Source: the human T2T-CHM13v2.0 reference genome, Homo sapiens. From it: 64,000 nucleotides of DNA. Position 1 is the stretch's first letter, and every line of letters starts with the position of its first letter. Of this stretch, positions 11,811 through 24,795 are shown piece after piece. The notes under the pieces were generated by a model that was given only the letters and a program-made list of their open reading frames with translations, had not been told where the DNA came from and made no database searches. Where the stretch lies: assembly GCF_009914755.1 (NCBI RefSeq), contig NC_060929.1; one strand, given 5' to 3'. A program made the position numbers and the translations under genes.

Positions 11811-12289
11811 ACATTTGCAGAGAAGGGGCCACCTTAGGTTACTATGAATCTTCACCAAGCGCAGGAGGGTCAAAAGAGTGTTTTCAGGAAGACCAAAAGG
11901 AGGAACGAATACCCACATGTGGCCAAAAGAGGGGCTGAGACTGGACGTGGGGGCCTTGCCTGCCCCGTGGAGCTTCCTCAGGCACCGGCTGCCTCTGTCC
12001 ATACCTCCACTTTCCTGGGTGCAGTCTTCAGGGCTTGGACCAGTACTGGGGTCTGGGACACAGAGAAGAGACCCAGATCCCTGTAAAGATGGGGACTGAT
12101 TGCTGGATGGGCCTCGGGAAAAGGCAGGCCTCCATGGGGCCAGTGGGGGCTGACAGGGCAAGACCTGGTTTCCCACACAGGCCAGAACTTTCTCAGGACA
12201 GTGTGGGTGGGTGCTGTGACTACATCCGGACCCACCCACTCTTAACCATCCAGGAACTAGGACTGGGGCTCTGTGATGTTTCCTCTTTT

Positions 12290-13119
12290 ACAACATCTAT
12301 TGTATTTTTCCTTCTCATTACAAAAGCAGTACATGTTTATCACAGAGTTAATGAAAAATGCAAACATACATAAAGAAAACAAAAACCATATATTCTCATT
12401 AAACAAACATATTCTCATTAGCTGGAGGCAAACATATTCTCATTAGCTGGAGGCAAACCTTTCTTGTATATCCCGAGTACAAACACGGTTATTCTGTGGG
12501 GTAACTGGCTTTTTCTTTTTCTGAACAATACACTGTGAATATCTTTCCACGTGAACATCCTTCTAATGAATATAGTTTAATAAATATACTCTATTCTTAA
12601 TGATTCTACAGAACTTTCATTGTAGGGATGCGGTGCGATATTTTCAATGATTCTCTTACAGGGCTTCTAGGATGTTGCCAGTTTTTGTTTTTTGCTTTTT
12701 TTTTTTTTTTTTTTTTTTAACTTCTGTCCACACCATTCCAAGGTCATTCTCTTGCTGGGTCACTATGCATATCCTTAATTATTTCCTTAAAATCTATTCC
12801 TCAAAACGACTGGGCCAACTGTTCTGCATTTTTAAAGTTTCACTACATTTTGTCAAACCGACCTTTAGAAATGTTATGTCATTTCATACTCCCACCTGCA
12901 GAAAATGCAGAAGTCTGTTGCCAGAATTCCATCCTTACCAATCATGAATATTAGTCTCCTTTTTATTCTTTTCTGTTTGTCTATTTTTAAATTGGAGTAT
13001 TCATCTTTTTCTTACTGATTTGTAAGAACATTGTATATGTTCAGTCTATTAATTCTTTCTCATGCATTTTGCAAGCTTTTCCCATTTGTCAATTGCTTTT
13101 TACCTTTCAATTTACATTT
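12290..13119 (-). mobile_element. Old L1M (L1ME-like) fragment, interrupted by the L1PA and Alu insertions and resuming at ~15519-15565 and ~15852-15925
   Basis: T-rich antisense L1M-type text (TTTTTCTTACTGATTTGTAAGAAC; TTAGTTCATATGGAATTAATTTTGGTATCTG) continues on both sides of the younger insertions. Confidence 0.6.
12404..12458. repeat. Perfect 25-bp tandem duplication
   Basis: CAAACATATTCTCATTAGCTGGAGG at 12404-12428 and 12429-12453, then CAAAC; partial copy ATATTCTCATTA at 12390-12401. Confidence 0.95.
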
Positions 13120-13136
13120 AAAACTGTTGGGCAGTC

Positions 13137-15292
13137 CATCACAAAGCGTATCCACCATGATCAAGTCTGCTTCATCCCTGGGATGCAAGGCTGGTTCAAC
13201 ATATGCAAATCAATAAACATAATTCATCACATAAACAGAACCAAAGACAAAAACCACATGATTATCTCAATAAATGCAGAAAAGGCCTTCGATAAAATTC
13301 AACACCCCTTCATGCTAAAAACTCTGAATAAACTAGGTATTGATGGAACGTATCTCAAAATAATAAGAGCTATGTATGACAAACCTGCAGCCAATATCAT
13401 ACTGAATGGGCAAAAGCTGGAAGCATTCCCTTTGAAAACTGGCACAAGACAAGGATTCCCTTTCTCACCATTCCTATTCAACATTGTATTGGAAGTTCTG
13501 GCCAGGGCAATCAGGCAAGAGAAATAAATAAAGGGTATTCAAATAGGAAGAGAGGAAGTCAAATTGTCTCCGTTTGCAGATGACATGATTGTGTATTTAG
13601 AAAACCCCATTGTCTCAGCCCCAAATCTTCTTAAGCTGATAAGCAACTTCAGCAAAGTCTCAGGATACAAAATCAATGTGCAAAAATCACAAGCATTCCT
13701 ATACACCAATAATAGACAAAAAGAGAACCAAATCACAAGTAAACTCCCATTCACAATTGCTACAAAGAGAATAAAAGACCTAGGAATACAACTTACAAGG
13801 GATGTGAAGGACCTCTTTAAGGAGAACTACAAACCACTGCTCAAGGAAATCAGAGAGGACACAAACAAATGGAAAAACATTCCATACTCATGGAAAGGAA
13901 GAATCAGTATCATGAAAATGGCCATACTGCCCAAAGTAATTTATAGATTGAATGTTATCCCCATCAGGCCACCATTGACTTTCTTCACAGAATTAGAAAA
14001 AACTACTTTAAATTTCATATGGAACTAAAAAAGAGCCCACAGAGCCAAGATAATCCTAAGCCAAAAGAACAAAGCTGGAGGCATCACACTACCTGACTTC
14101 AAACTATACTACAAGGCTACAGTAATGAAAACAGCATGCTACTGGTACCAAAACAGGTATATAGACCAATGGAACAGAAGAGAGGCCTCAGAAATAATGC
14201 CACACATCTACAACCATCTGATCTTTGACAAACCTGACAAAAACAAGAAATGGGGAAGATTCCCTATTTAATAAATGGTATTGGGAAAACTGGCTAGCCA
14301 TATGCAGAAAACTGAAACTGGACACCTTCCTTTCACTTTTTACAAAAATTAACTCAAGATGTATTAAAGACTTAAACATAAGACCTAAAACCATAAAAAC
14401 CCTAGAAGAAAACCTAGGCAATACCATTCAGCACACAGACATGGGTAAAGACTTCATGACTAAAATAGCAAAAGCAATGGCAACAAAAGCCAAAATTGAC
14501 AAATGGCATCTAATTGAATTAAAGAGCTTCTGCACAGCAAAAGTAACTATCATCAGAGTGAACAGGCAACCTACAGAATGGGAGAAAATTTTTGCAATCT
14601 ATCCATCTGACAAAGGGCTTATATCCAGAATCTACAAGGAACTTAAACAAATTTACAGAAAAAAAACAACTCCATCAAAAAGTGGGCAAAGTATTTGAAC
14701 AGACACTTCTCAAAAGAAGACAGTTATGTGGCCAACAAACATGAAAAAAAGCGCATCATCACCAGTCATTAGAGAAATGCAAATCAAAACCACAATGAGA
14801 TACCATCTCATGCCAGTTAGAATGGTGATCATTAAAAAGTCAGGAAAAGACAGAAGCTAGAGAGGATGTGGAGAAATAGGAATGCTTTTACACTCTTGGT
14901 GGGAGTGTAAATTAGTTCAACCATTGTGGAAGAGAGTGTGGTGATTCCTCAAGGACCTAGAACTAGAAATACCATTTGACCCAGCAATCTCATTACTGAG
15001 TATATACTCAAAAGAGTATAAATCATTCTACTATAAAGACACATGCACACATGTTTATTGCAGCACTACTCACAATAGCAAAGACTTGGAACCCACTCAA
15101 ATGCCCATCAATGATAGACTGGATAAAGAAAATGTGGCACATATACACATGGAATACTATGCAGTCATAAAAAAGGATGAGTTCATGTCCTTTGCAGGGA
15201 TATGGATGAAGCTGGAAACCATCATTCTCAGCAAACTAACACAGGAACAGAAAATCAATCACTCCATGTTCTCACTCATAAGTGGGAGTTGA
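13137..15292 (+). pseudogene. Disabled L1 ORF2p remnant (reverse transcriptase and C-terminal region)
   Basis: ORF pieces read [50 protein letters not shown], catalytic [12 protein letters not shown] and terminal FSLISGS*; premature stops at 13525-13527 and 14026-14028 plus frameshifts; endonuclease domain absent. Confidence 0.95.
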
Positions 15293-15501
15293 ACAATGAG
15301 AACACATGGACACAGGGAGGGGAACATCACACACCAGGGCCTGTTGGGGGGTGGGGGCAAGGGGAGGGAGAGCATTAGGAGAAATACCTAATGTAGATGA
15401 CAGGTTAATGGGTGCAGCAAACCGCCAGGGCACATGTATACCTATGTAACAAACCTGCACGTTCTGCAGATGTATCCCAGGATTTAAAGTATAATAATAC
15501 A
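13137..15501 (+). mobile_element. 5'-truncated LINE-1, L1PA7-like (~2.4 kb)
   Basis: ORF2 RT and C-terminal homology, G-rich L1 3'UTR (GGGGGCAAGGGGAGGGAGAGCATTAGGAGAAATACCTAATGTAGATG), short A tail; TSD AAAACTGTTGGGCAGTC (13120-13136) vs AAAAATGTTGTGCAGTC (15502-15518), 15/17 identical. Confidence 0.95.
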
Positions 15502-15565
15502 AAAAATGTTGTGCAGTCAAAATTTGTAATATTTTAATTTATAGCTTTTGTCTTTGCTGTCATTC

Positions 15566-15851
15566 TTGAGATGTAGTCTCATTCTGTCTCCCAGACAGAT
15601 TGTGCAGTAGCACAATCTCTGCTCACTGTAACTTCCGCCTCCTGGGTTCAAGCAATTCTCCTGCCTCAGCCTCCTGAGTAGCTGGGATTACAGGCATGAG
15701 CCACCATGCCCAGCTAATTTTTGTATTTTTTAGTAGAGATGGGGTTTCACCATGTTGGCCAGGCTGGTCTTGAACTCCTGGCCCCAAGTTATCCACTCAC
15801 CTAGGCCTTCCAAAGTGCTGGGATTACAGGCATGAGACACTGTGCCCGGCT
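15566..15851 (-). mobile_element. Alu (AluJb/Sz-like) lacking its A tail
   Basis: Antisense Alu body from TGAGATGTAGTCTC to GAGACACTGTGCCCGGC; no poly-T tract or TSD at the left edge. Confidence 0.93.
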
Positions 15852-16144
15852 TGTTTCACTTAAAGTTTTAGTTCATATGGAATTAATTTTGGTATCTGAC
15901 AGAAATAGGAATCTAAGTTTACTCCCTTCCCCACTCCCTTATCCTCATTGTTAGTCCTGAATCCATTTGACTCTACCATATGCTATGGCCAAGCCCCAAA
16001 CAAACAGATCCAGATGGGAAGATTTAGTGTGGGAGACCCTGGCCCTAAGAAGCACTGAGGGAGTGGGATCAGGAAACCTTTATAAACAGGAACGGGACCT
16101 GTTTTATGGTCCCATATGTTGGAATCACATAAATCTGGATGAAG

Positions 16145-16340
16145 CCAGTCTCTGTCACTTTTACTCCCTGGAATGTGGGACAAACAAATAAGTTACTGAA
16201 CTTATTTAAACCTCAGTTTTGCATCTGTGAAATGGGTACAATGATAACCCCTACCTCTCAAAATGGTGGTGAGGATAATGTGATAATACAAATGTGAAAT
16301 GCTTCAGCACACAGCAAAGCATTCAATATTATTAGTAGTA
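16145..16340 (+). mobile_element. MIR SINE
   Basis: CCTCAGTTTTGCATCTGTGAAATGGGTACAATGATAACCCCTACCTC...GTGAGGAT MIR core. Confidence 0.8.
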
Positions 16341-17230
16341 GCGGGTAAAGAGAAATGGAGAATGATGGCAACAGCATGTAATATAGAGATATTAAAAGAA
16401 ACACAGACATTATCAACAATTAGAGACACAAAGGTGATACTTCCCTGTGCTGTGGTTCTATTTTGAGTCCCAGAAAGTTTATCAGACCAATTAGGAGGGT
16501 TTCCTGTGAAAAGAAAGGCTTATAGTCCTAGAGCCTGGATCTACTGGAGCCTGCACTTAAATGCACACAATTCAAAGGAATCCAGTGGCATTTCTGTTCT
16601 CCAACCTGTTCCAAGGCTTTCTGATGAACCTGCCTGCGTCAAAGTGAATCAGCTGAGCAAGCTGGCATTTGGAGAGCTCACAGGACGGAGAGCACTCGGG
16701 GCTTGTGCTTTAAGTGGGCAGCCATCTCCCTCCTGGCTCGCCCCCAGCTGAGGATTGCTGCACAGAGAAATAGTCACTGGACGTGAGCCAGGGGCAGCAG
16801 TCAGCTTAACCAAAGGAATCAATGGACACTGTGTTTTCCCTCTGCAAATGAGGAAAATGACATGGTAAGAAGGCATATGCCTTGTCCAGAATCACAAATC
16901 CCAGGGGCAGAAAAGGCAAAGAGAAACGCTGCCTCAGAAGGAGCCATTTCCCATCCCGAGGAAGCCCAGAGCTGGGACTTGGTTAACAAAGGAAACAGAA
17001 ACGGGAACGCTGCCCTCGAGCTCCCGGGGAGTGGAGGCCCAGCATATTTTTATGAAGCATGGACAATGAGTAGCCATTCAAAAGGCCGATGCTGCCTCTT
17101 CTTAGGAAAGGGCAAATATTTTAGGAATCCCTTCAAGCAAATGCCGGATTGCTTTTTAGGGGAGTGGGACTTGGCTGGGTAGTTAGTACCAAGGGCTTTA
17201 AGCTTTGATTCTGAGTTTTGCTCCTATAGA

Positions 17231-17760
17231 ACAGTGGTTCTTAATTCTGGCTACACATTGGAATTAGATGAGCTCTTAATCCAGGAGGTTGGATTAAATT
17301 AGCCTGTAGTAGGGCCTTGACGTCAGTATTGTGAAAAGCTCCTTAGTGAATCCTAATATGCAGATTAGGGTTGAGAAGAAGCTTCCTGTTGCATTGCTCT
17401 TCCCAGCTGCATCTCACTTCCCAGCTGATGAGAACTAGGTTACAGGGCCAAACCATGCTAGCAAAATGTTTCTCACACTTCAAGGAATTGTCTGGGGACC
17501 TTGTTAAAGTGCAAGTTCTGATTCCGTAGGTCTGGGGCAGGGCCTGAGATTCTATATCTTTTACAACCTTCCAGGTGTTGCTGATGTTGCTGGTGTCAGG
17601 ACCACACTTTGAGTAGGAAGAGTCTGGAAGTGGTCCTCATAATTCAGTGAGCATAAAATTTTCCAGTGAGTTCCAGGGGCAGGCTCCAGGAATCTGTATT
17701 TTTAACAAGTCCTCCGGTGAATTGATGTATTTGGTAGTTCAAGGCCACACTTGGAGAATG
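17231..17760. mobile_element. Cluster of three MER5-family fossils (~17231-17377, ~17461-17620, ~17628-17760)
   Basis: CAGTGGTTCTTAATTCTGGCTACACATTGGAAT; TCTGATTCCGTAGGTCTGGGGCAGGGCCTGAGATTCT...GACCACACTTTGAGTAG; CCAGGAATCTGTATTTTTAACAAG. Confidence 0.75.
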
Positions 17761-19939
17761 GGGTCAGCCTACCTACGGTTTTCTCAGGCATTTGTCATTT
17801 TAGCATATCCTGGGCAAATACTTGGCTGGAAGACCACATAGTCAATTGGCCTGGAGTTGAAATAAGAAGAAAGCCCGTGATGCCTGGCTCCCAGGCCTGA
17901 ATCCCAGCCTGCTGACTCTGGTATCCCTTAACGTTCAGGCCAAATCCCATTACCACAGGAGACCTACAAGTCTTTGCATTTTCTTGGGATAAAGGAACCA
18001 TCTGTTTAGGTTTGGGTTTTGACTATGAAGTCATTTACCCTGTTCCCTCTTGGAACTGTGACTAATGCATCAAGAGTCAGAGCAGAGATCCTGGGAGAAT
18101 GAAATGCAAAGTACTTTCAAGAGCCCTCCACCTAAGGAAAACCCTCATGCAAGAAGGTGAAAGATGCTGTAAAAAAAAGTCACTGCTATATGTGATTTTA
18201 AGGACATCAAATAAGAAGCCTCCACCAAATTAATGTGGCTTTTCTATTTCAATAACATGGCCTGTGAGGTAGGATAAAGCCAGGACCTGAAATGACAGCC
18301 TGAAAGAGAATGGACAAATCAGGCACATACTCTCATTTGGTTACTGTTAAACCACTGTTTTTCAAGTACAAGTTATTCAACTTATAGATGATTCTGGCCT
18401 TTGGTTCTTCTCTCTTTTCTCTCTTTGGTTTGGCCATTTCACTGTTTATTAGCAGCTCCACCGAGGGTGGGAAATAGAAATGGACCTCAAATGAGGCAGG
18501 GTAACATCTGTGAGTAGGTCTGCTTAGAAGCTTGATGAGGGGGAACAGAGATTTTAATTGTAATTGCAGAAATTATAGAATTCGCTTCACTGTGCTGTCT
18601 AGGCCCACTTTTATATGGCAAATCCCAGCCTTATAACAAGAACAGACCACTCTCCCTACCCATAGTTCAACAATTGGCAGCAATGATTCAGTGGAAAAAT
18701 TGGAACTTTAAAAATGCTTTATTCTTTCACTCAAGTATACTTATTGCTTTATATGCTTCTTATTCGCATGGTCATCTGGTAAACCTGGTTGTGAAATGGG
18801 GACAGAAATTTATCACTGCATGTACGTAGGAACATGGGCAGGTGTGACTTTCATGTTTAAGGAAGTTTTTGTGGTCTACTCTTCTAGTTAGTTATAATAT
18901 ATTATATAACAAAACATATCTCCTGTTCCTGTCACTTGGTATAATAAATATGTTGGTGAAATTTCTTGCAGAGTTTGATTACTCAGTCAAAACCTAAGTA
19001 TCCTGTTGGGAGAAGAACACTCATTTTAGTGGCACTGTTCTATTCTTTGGATGAATTGAATAGTTACTAATCCAGCCACAGAAGAAAGACACAGGTAATT
19101 GCAATTGAGCAAACATACAGAACCCCACAAAAAAAAAGACTCACGAGAAGTGTAAAATTTCCCATCAAACATCCATCCATCTCTATTTTCTCCATTCCTT
19201 AGAATAGTCATTGTAGCCATAGGAAATAACTCGGGACCAGGTCTACACTAGGAGGAAAAATGTCATTCCTCATTCAAGTACTCTGGAAATGAGTTTAAAA
19301 AGACACAGTCTGCCCATGGTCAATGTGAGGTCAAAAACTCTAGTAGCCAATTTGAATTTTCTTTTAAGAAAATGTAACACACCACCTACTACCCCGCTTT
19401 TTACTGTGTAACACCACTAGAGTTCTTTAGGTTGTCCGAGGGTAGACAGGGATGTTGATTGGTCAATGTTTTAAATGTAACTTGTTTAAATTAACAGCAA
19501 CTATTTTCTCTCATTTATCTATATCACCAATACCATGAGGCCTCACCCGGGGCCACTGTTGGAAATCAGGTGTTACAATGCAACTGGTGGTTATGGTTTT
19601 CGTGTGGTCAGGATCCCTTAGACTGGTCGCTGCATGAAGCTCCATGCCTCTTGCTCACTGCTGTTTCTTGGGTGAATAGCACAGTGCTTGGTTATATGTA
19701 GGCATGTGAATTGGTGGTCTGGGTTTAAACCATGTTAGGCAACAAATGCTTTTCAATATATGAAATTTTTAGAGCTGGAAATACCTTTGAGAGAATAGAG
19801 GTCACTATACATTTTCTGTCTAGCAGCAATTCTCCCAATTTTCCTTCCACACAGAATTGTGATTTTGTTCTGTTTTCTTCTGCTTTTGTACTCCCAGGAG
19901 AGGCTGAAACATCACCTCTTGAGGGTCTCCTTTCTGGTG

Positions 19940-20300
19940 ATTTATTCAGATATTGGCACATGTGACTCAATAATGGCCAATACTATGTGAAGGGACATCT
20001 TCTGGGGAGTCTTCCTCCTTTTCTTCCGGATTCTTTGTGTCTGAATGTGATGCCTGGAGATGCAACAGCAGTCTCACTACCAGCACGAGGATGAAGCTGA
20101 TACCCAGGTATGGCGAGAGAGAGAGAAAGATAGAAAGAACCCAGGTTCTTGATGACGTTGTTGAGCCACCCAATCAGTCAACCCCTAAGCTTCCCTGCTG
20201 CTCTACTTTCTGTTATACAGGATAGGACGTTTCCTTAAATGTTTAAATCACTTTGAATCAGGGTTTCTGTTGCCTCATGGCCCAAAGCATCTGAAGCGAT
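19940..20300 (+). mobile_element. MLT1K-like MaLR solo LTR
   Basis: ATGTGATGCCTGGAGATGCAACAGCAGTCT...AGAAAGAACCCAGGTTCTTGATGACGTTGTTGAGCC...GGGTTTCTGTTG...CAAAGCATC. Confidence 0.75.
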
Positions 20301-21359
20301 GGAGAGAATTTTAAGTCCAATTTCTCATTTCACAGAAGATGTAACAGAGTGTGCTCAATGTTATGTTGCAGGTGACAGCAGAACACAGGAATAGAGAGGC
20401 TGAATCTTCTGCTTTAGAGCCATTTTTAGTCAGATGCTGCCCCTCTTACAATTTACTTAATTATAAATTAAAGATGGTTTAAGAGTGTATCTCTCAAGTC
20501 ACTGTCCTTGTATTTGACAAAATTTCCTGGCCAGGGTTAAAGTCTGGAATTCTAATCCAAATTTTCCTCATTTGGACATGCTGAATCAAACTGGCCACTA
20601 CAGAGACAAAGAGTATGCTTGTTGACTTTGAAAAACTAAAAACGCTTTGTTCCTAATGACTAGGGAGCAGTGACCTGGGAGACTTGATCTGTTTGGTAAC
20701 TGTGGGCGAGAAAGACGAAATATATCTCTTTGGGTCAAGACTTAGCATTTGTAAAGTAAGGAAGACCACAGGATGTTATTCAAAGCCTTTGCCAAGGCTT
20801 TGGTTGGAAGATTTAATGGAATCCACAGGCAGAGAATAGGGTGAGGGTAGGAGGTGGGGATACAGGTTAGGAAGGTTGGTTTATCCTTTCTGTTCCCAGG
20901 GGCATTTCTTCTATCAGGTCATTCCCTCAGCTGCAAGGCCTCCTGTTTGCCTCTAATGCTACTTCCAATCTGTCCATGCTGCAGGGCCCAGGTTATACTA
21001 TATTGCCTCTATCAAGTCTTCCCGGATCACTTTAGCATGCACCAGTAACTCATTTTCAGAACTCACTCATTTCCTGAACTCTTTACTCATTCATTAAACA
21101 TGTCATGTTACAGAATATTTCTCTTCTGGTATTTCACTCATTTTGCTCCTAAATTTTATCTTGAGGAAGCAGATCAGAAAAAAAGAAACGACATAGACTT
21201 TAAGGGCACATTGACTTCACTTGAATCCTGCTCTAGGGCCCCTGCCTTGCAGAACTCCAGGGGCCAGTTAGATAGCATGCAGTCCTGACTGGTTCTACCA
21301 CTCTGGAGCAACTGTCTATGACCACCTCAAATCCATTGTGGAATGCAAATGGGGCATAC

Positions 21360-22210
21360 TGTATTAGTTTCTATTGCTGTTCCAACAAATGACTACAAAC
21401 TCAGTGGCTTAAAATAACACAAATGTATAACTGCTATAGTTTAATATCCCCTCCAAAACTTAGGTTGAAATTTAGTTGCCATTGTAACAATGTTGAAACA
21501 TGGTCTTACAGGAGGTGATTAGGTCATGAGGGCTCTGCCCTCATGAATGGATCAAGGCTGTTAATCACAGGAGTGTGTTAGTTATCAAAGGAGTGGGCTC
21601 CACATAGAAGAATGAAGTTCTGGTTCCCTTCCTCTCTCTCTCTCGCATGCTCTCTTGTCAGGTAATGCCTTCTGCATGTTATGACACAGCAAGAAGGCCC
21701 TCACCAGATGCAGCCCCTTGATCTTGCACTTCCCAGCCTCCAGATCCATAAGACAAATAAACTTCTGTTATTTATAAGTTACCTAGCCTGTGGTATTCTG
21801 TTACAGCAGCAGAAAATGGACCAAGATATCTTACAGTTTTGGAGGCCAGAAGTTCACAGTGGGTTATCAGGGCAGGGCGTCTTCAGGAGGCTTGGGGTGG
21901 AGGGGGAGGAATCTGTTTTCTTGCCTTTTCCAGCTTCTAGAGGGTGCATGCATTCCTTGACTCATGACCTGACATCACTCCAATTTCTGTTTCCATTGTC
22001 ACATCCCTGTCATTCTCACTCTTATCTTCCTATCTACCCCCTTATTAAAGACCATGGCAATTACACTGGGCCCACTCAGAAAGTCGATAGTAACATCCCC
22101 ACTGCAAAACCTTTCATCACCTCTTCAAAGCCCCTTTTGCCATTTGAGGTAACCTATTCACAGCCTTCAGAATTTTTGAAGGAGGGGAGGCATCATTCTG
22201 CCTGCTATAT
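21360..22210 (-). mobile_element. MLT1C-like MaLR LTR split by a nested MST LTR
   Basis: TGTATTAGTTTCTATTGCTG...GTGGCTTAAAATAACACAAATGTAT (21360-21431) resumes at TCTTACAGTTTTGGAGGCCAGAAGT (21827-22210). Confidence 0.8.
21432..21826 (+). mobile_element. MST (MSTC/MSTD-like) MaLR solo LTR nested in MLT1C
   Basis: TGCTATAGTTTAATATCCCCTCCAAAACT start; GGTCATGAGGGCTCTGCCCTCATGAATGGAT; AAGAAGGCCCTCACCAGATGC; ends GCAGCAGAAAATGGACCAAGA. Confidence 0.85.
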
Positions 22211-22219
22211 ACATAGTCT

Positions 22220-22345
22220 TTGGATCTCAGTTTCCACATCTGTAAAATGGAGAACTACTGTCTTCCCCACAGGGCTATTGAGATGATTGAATGAAGTAAT
22301 TTCTGCTTATGAATTCCCAGCTCTGTGCCTGCCATGGAGGCAGGC
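22220..22345 (+). mobile_element. MIR fragment
   Basis: CTCAGTTTCCACATCTGTAAAATGGAGA...CACAGGGCTATTGAGATGATTGAATGA. Confidence 0.7.
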
Positions 22346-24036
22346 AATTCTGATCCATGTTCTCTTCTGAGTGGGTTGTCAGCTGGAGGCCTTCTACTTC
22401 TTTCTAATCCATTAGCTTCTTGCTAGTGCTGCGTCCCCAGGAGGAAATCAGTAAATGCAAGAAATAATTACCTTGACAATGCCTTGCACATAGTAAGTAC
22501 CCTAAAATAATTCATTGAATTGTTTGTTATTTTGGTGTTAATGGATGGGGAGCATCTGATTAAATGTTATTATTTATTAGATCTAAAATATAAATTTGGA
22601 TTCTTCTGTTGCACTTTTACCTAATTACTCTAAACACCAGTGGGAGAGAGGAATTAGTCACAATACAACTTAAAGAAAAAAATATCTTGCTGTCACTGAC
22701 TTCTCTCCTTGGTCTGAAAACTTTCTGATTTTGTAGGATGCCACTGACTGCTCTTTCTGCAACTGAAAAATCTCTCAAAGGGCCCTGTCCAGTTAGGTCA
22801 CACAAAGCCAGGCTGATTATTTAGAGAGAACACAATGCTCCCTCACATGGGGCACAGAGAGGAAGGAATTTTTTTTTTAAGCCAATTCCAGTCCCTGGAG
22901 CTGCAAACTGCCCTCAGGGCAAAGAAGCCTGCAGAATAATTGGGAGGAGTCTGGCAGGAAGGAAGCCAAGGTAAGTTAAGCTGCATTTCTGTCTATAGCC
23001 AGGGTCTCCATGCCACTTTTTAAACATCCCCTTCTGGGATAAACCTGTATGTCAAGATAAACAATTAAATAATATGCAAGGGCCAAATCAGGAAAACTGC
23101 AGCTTCAGCCCTAGAAAACAATGCCAAGAAACACCAGCCTGTCTGCCGCTGCTAAGTCGAGGAGATGGGTTCCCATGATTCCGTAAGAGAACTGGGTCAG
23201 GGAGGAGACACTGTCTGTTTAGAATATGCTTCAGGCCCCTAAACTTGGTCGGTTTATGCTTTTTCAGGTTAATAAAGTGGAAAATAACTTTACCTCATCC
23301 CTCTATCAAAGCATAGTGCGGCTGCCCCAGAGACCCCTAATACAGCCAGGGATGATGTGTTTGGAAAATGGGGCAAGAGAGGGTCCAAAGATGAGACCCC
23401 AAAACTGTGAGGGGGAGGTTGTGTGAGGAGGACAGACCAGAGCTGGAGGGGGACTGTGAGAAGAGGAGTCTGGTTGCTGCCGTCTCTGAAGGGTCTTCCT
23501 AGGCTCCCACACCATCATGTCTTGGCCAGCCAAGGCCAAGTGGTTGTGTAAACTTAGGATGGTCATAGAATCCTGAACTACTAGCACATGGGGGTTGAGC
23601 TTGTCTGAGGATCTTTTTGAGGAAATGGGGGAAGTATTATTCATGTAATGTGTGACCAGAGTATAGAAATCATGATCCCAGCAGATGGCATGAACGGACA
23701 CTGAATAGTCCGAATGTCTCATCTCTCTGGACAGAGCAGGCTGGTGGGATCTGGGGAGTCGGGCTGGCTGAGGAGGCATATTTCAGAGTCCAGAGCGAAT
23801 CCCAGCAGTAATGCCTGGGAACAAAGCCAACTGGTGCCCAGGGCAAGCAGCCCAGTTCTGGGGTCAGGCTACCAAGGTTGTACCAGGCAAGAGAAGAAGG
23901 GTGAGCAGGGGAATATTCAAGAGCATCCAAGAATGCAGGGAGCTAATGAGCATGGGAGTGCAGAACTGAGGTCAGAAGGCGTGGCCAATGGAAACTCCCA
24001 GCAGCCCTGTGCAGGGGCTCTGCGGATACCTGCTAG

Positions 24037-24447
<411 letters not shown>

Positions 24448-24795
24448 TAGGAAGGGCAGTCAGGCTAAGCAGTGGGCTGTACTTTGGGACCCTTTTGCCA
24501 CAGAACAGAGGGCAGCCTCTGAGTCTGGCCGTGTGTCGTAATTCCTGTGTTGGAACAGCCCCACCCTAATGAGGGCATTTAGATATTTACTTCCATCTAC
24601 ACTCTCCTTGGGTAGGGCGGCAGCAGAAATAACTGGCTTTGAGGCCTCCACCTTGCAGGGTCCCCTTTTTCACTACTAACGCTACCTCTCAGGGCATCCC
24701 AAATTCATGGGAATCCCATTCTGAGAAGCCCCAGTATAGGTCTGGACGTTGGATAAGAACCAAGGGCGGTGTGATGCTTATACACTGGGACAGAG

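Noticed and set aside
10780-11847. Many overlapping ORFs on both strands of the CpG island
   Set aside because: Expected from stop-codon depletion in GC-rich DNA; the products are low-complexity with no recognisable domains. Only the longest is flagged, with low confidence.
13069-15292. ORFs of 152, 154, 157 and 68 aa as functional genes
   Set aside because: They are consecutive fragments of one L1 ORF2 broken by stops and frameshifts, with no endonuclease domain, ORF1 or 5' promoter.
21681-22286. 201-aa ORF
   Set aside because: It runs across MST LTR, MLT1C LTR and MIR sequence, so it is a chance frame.
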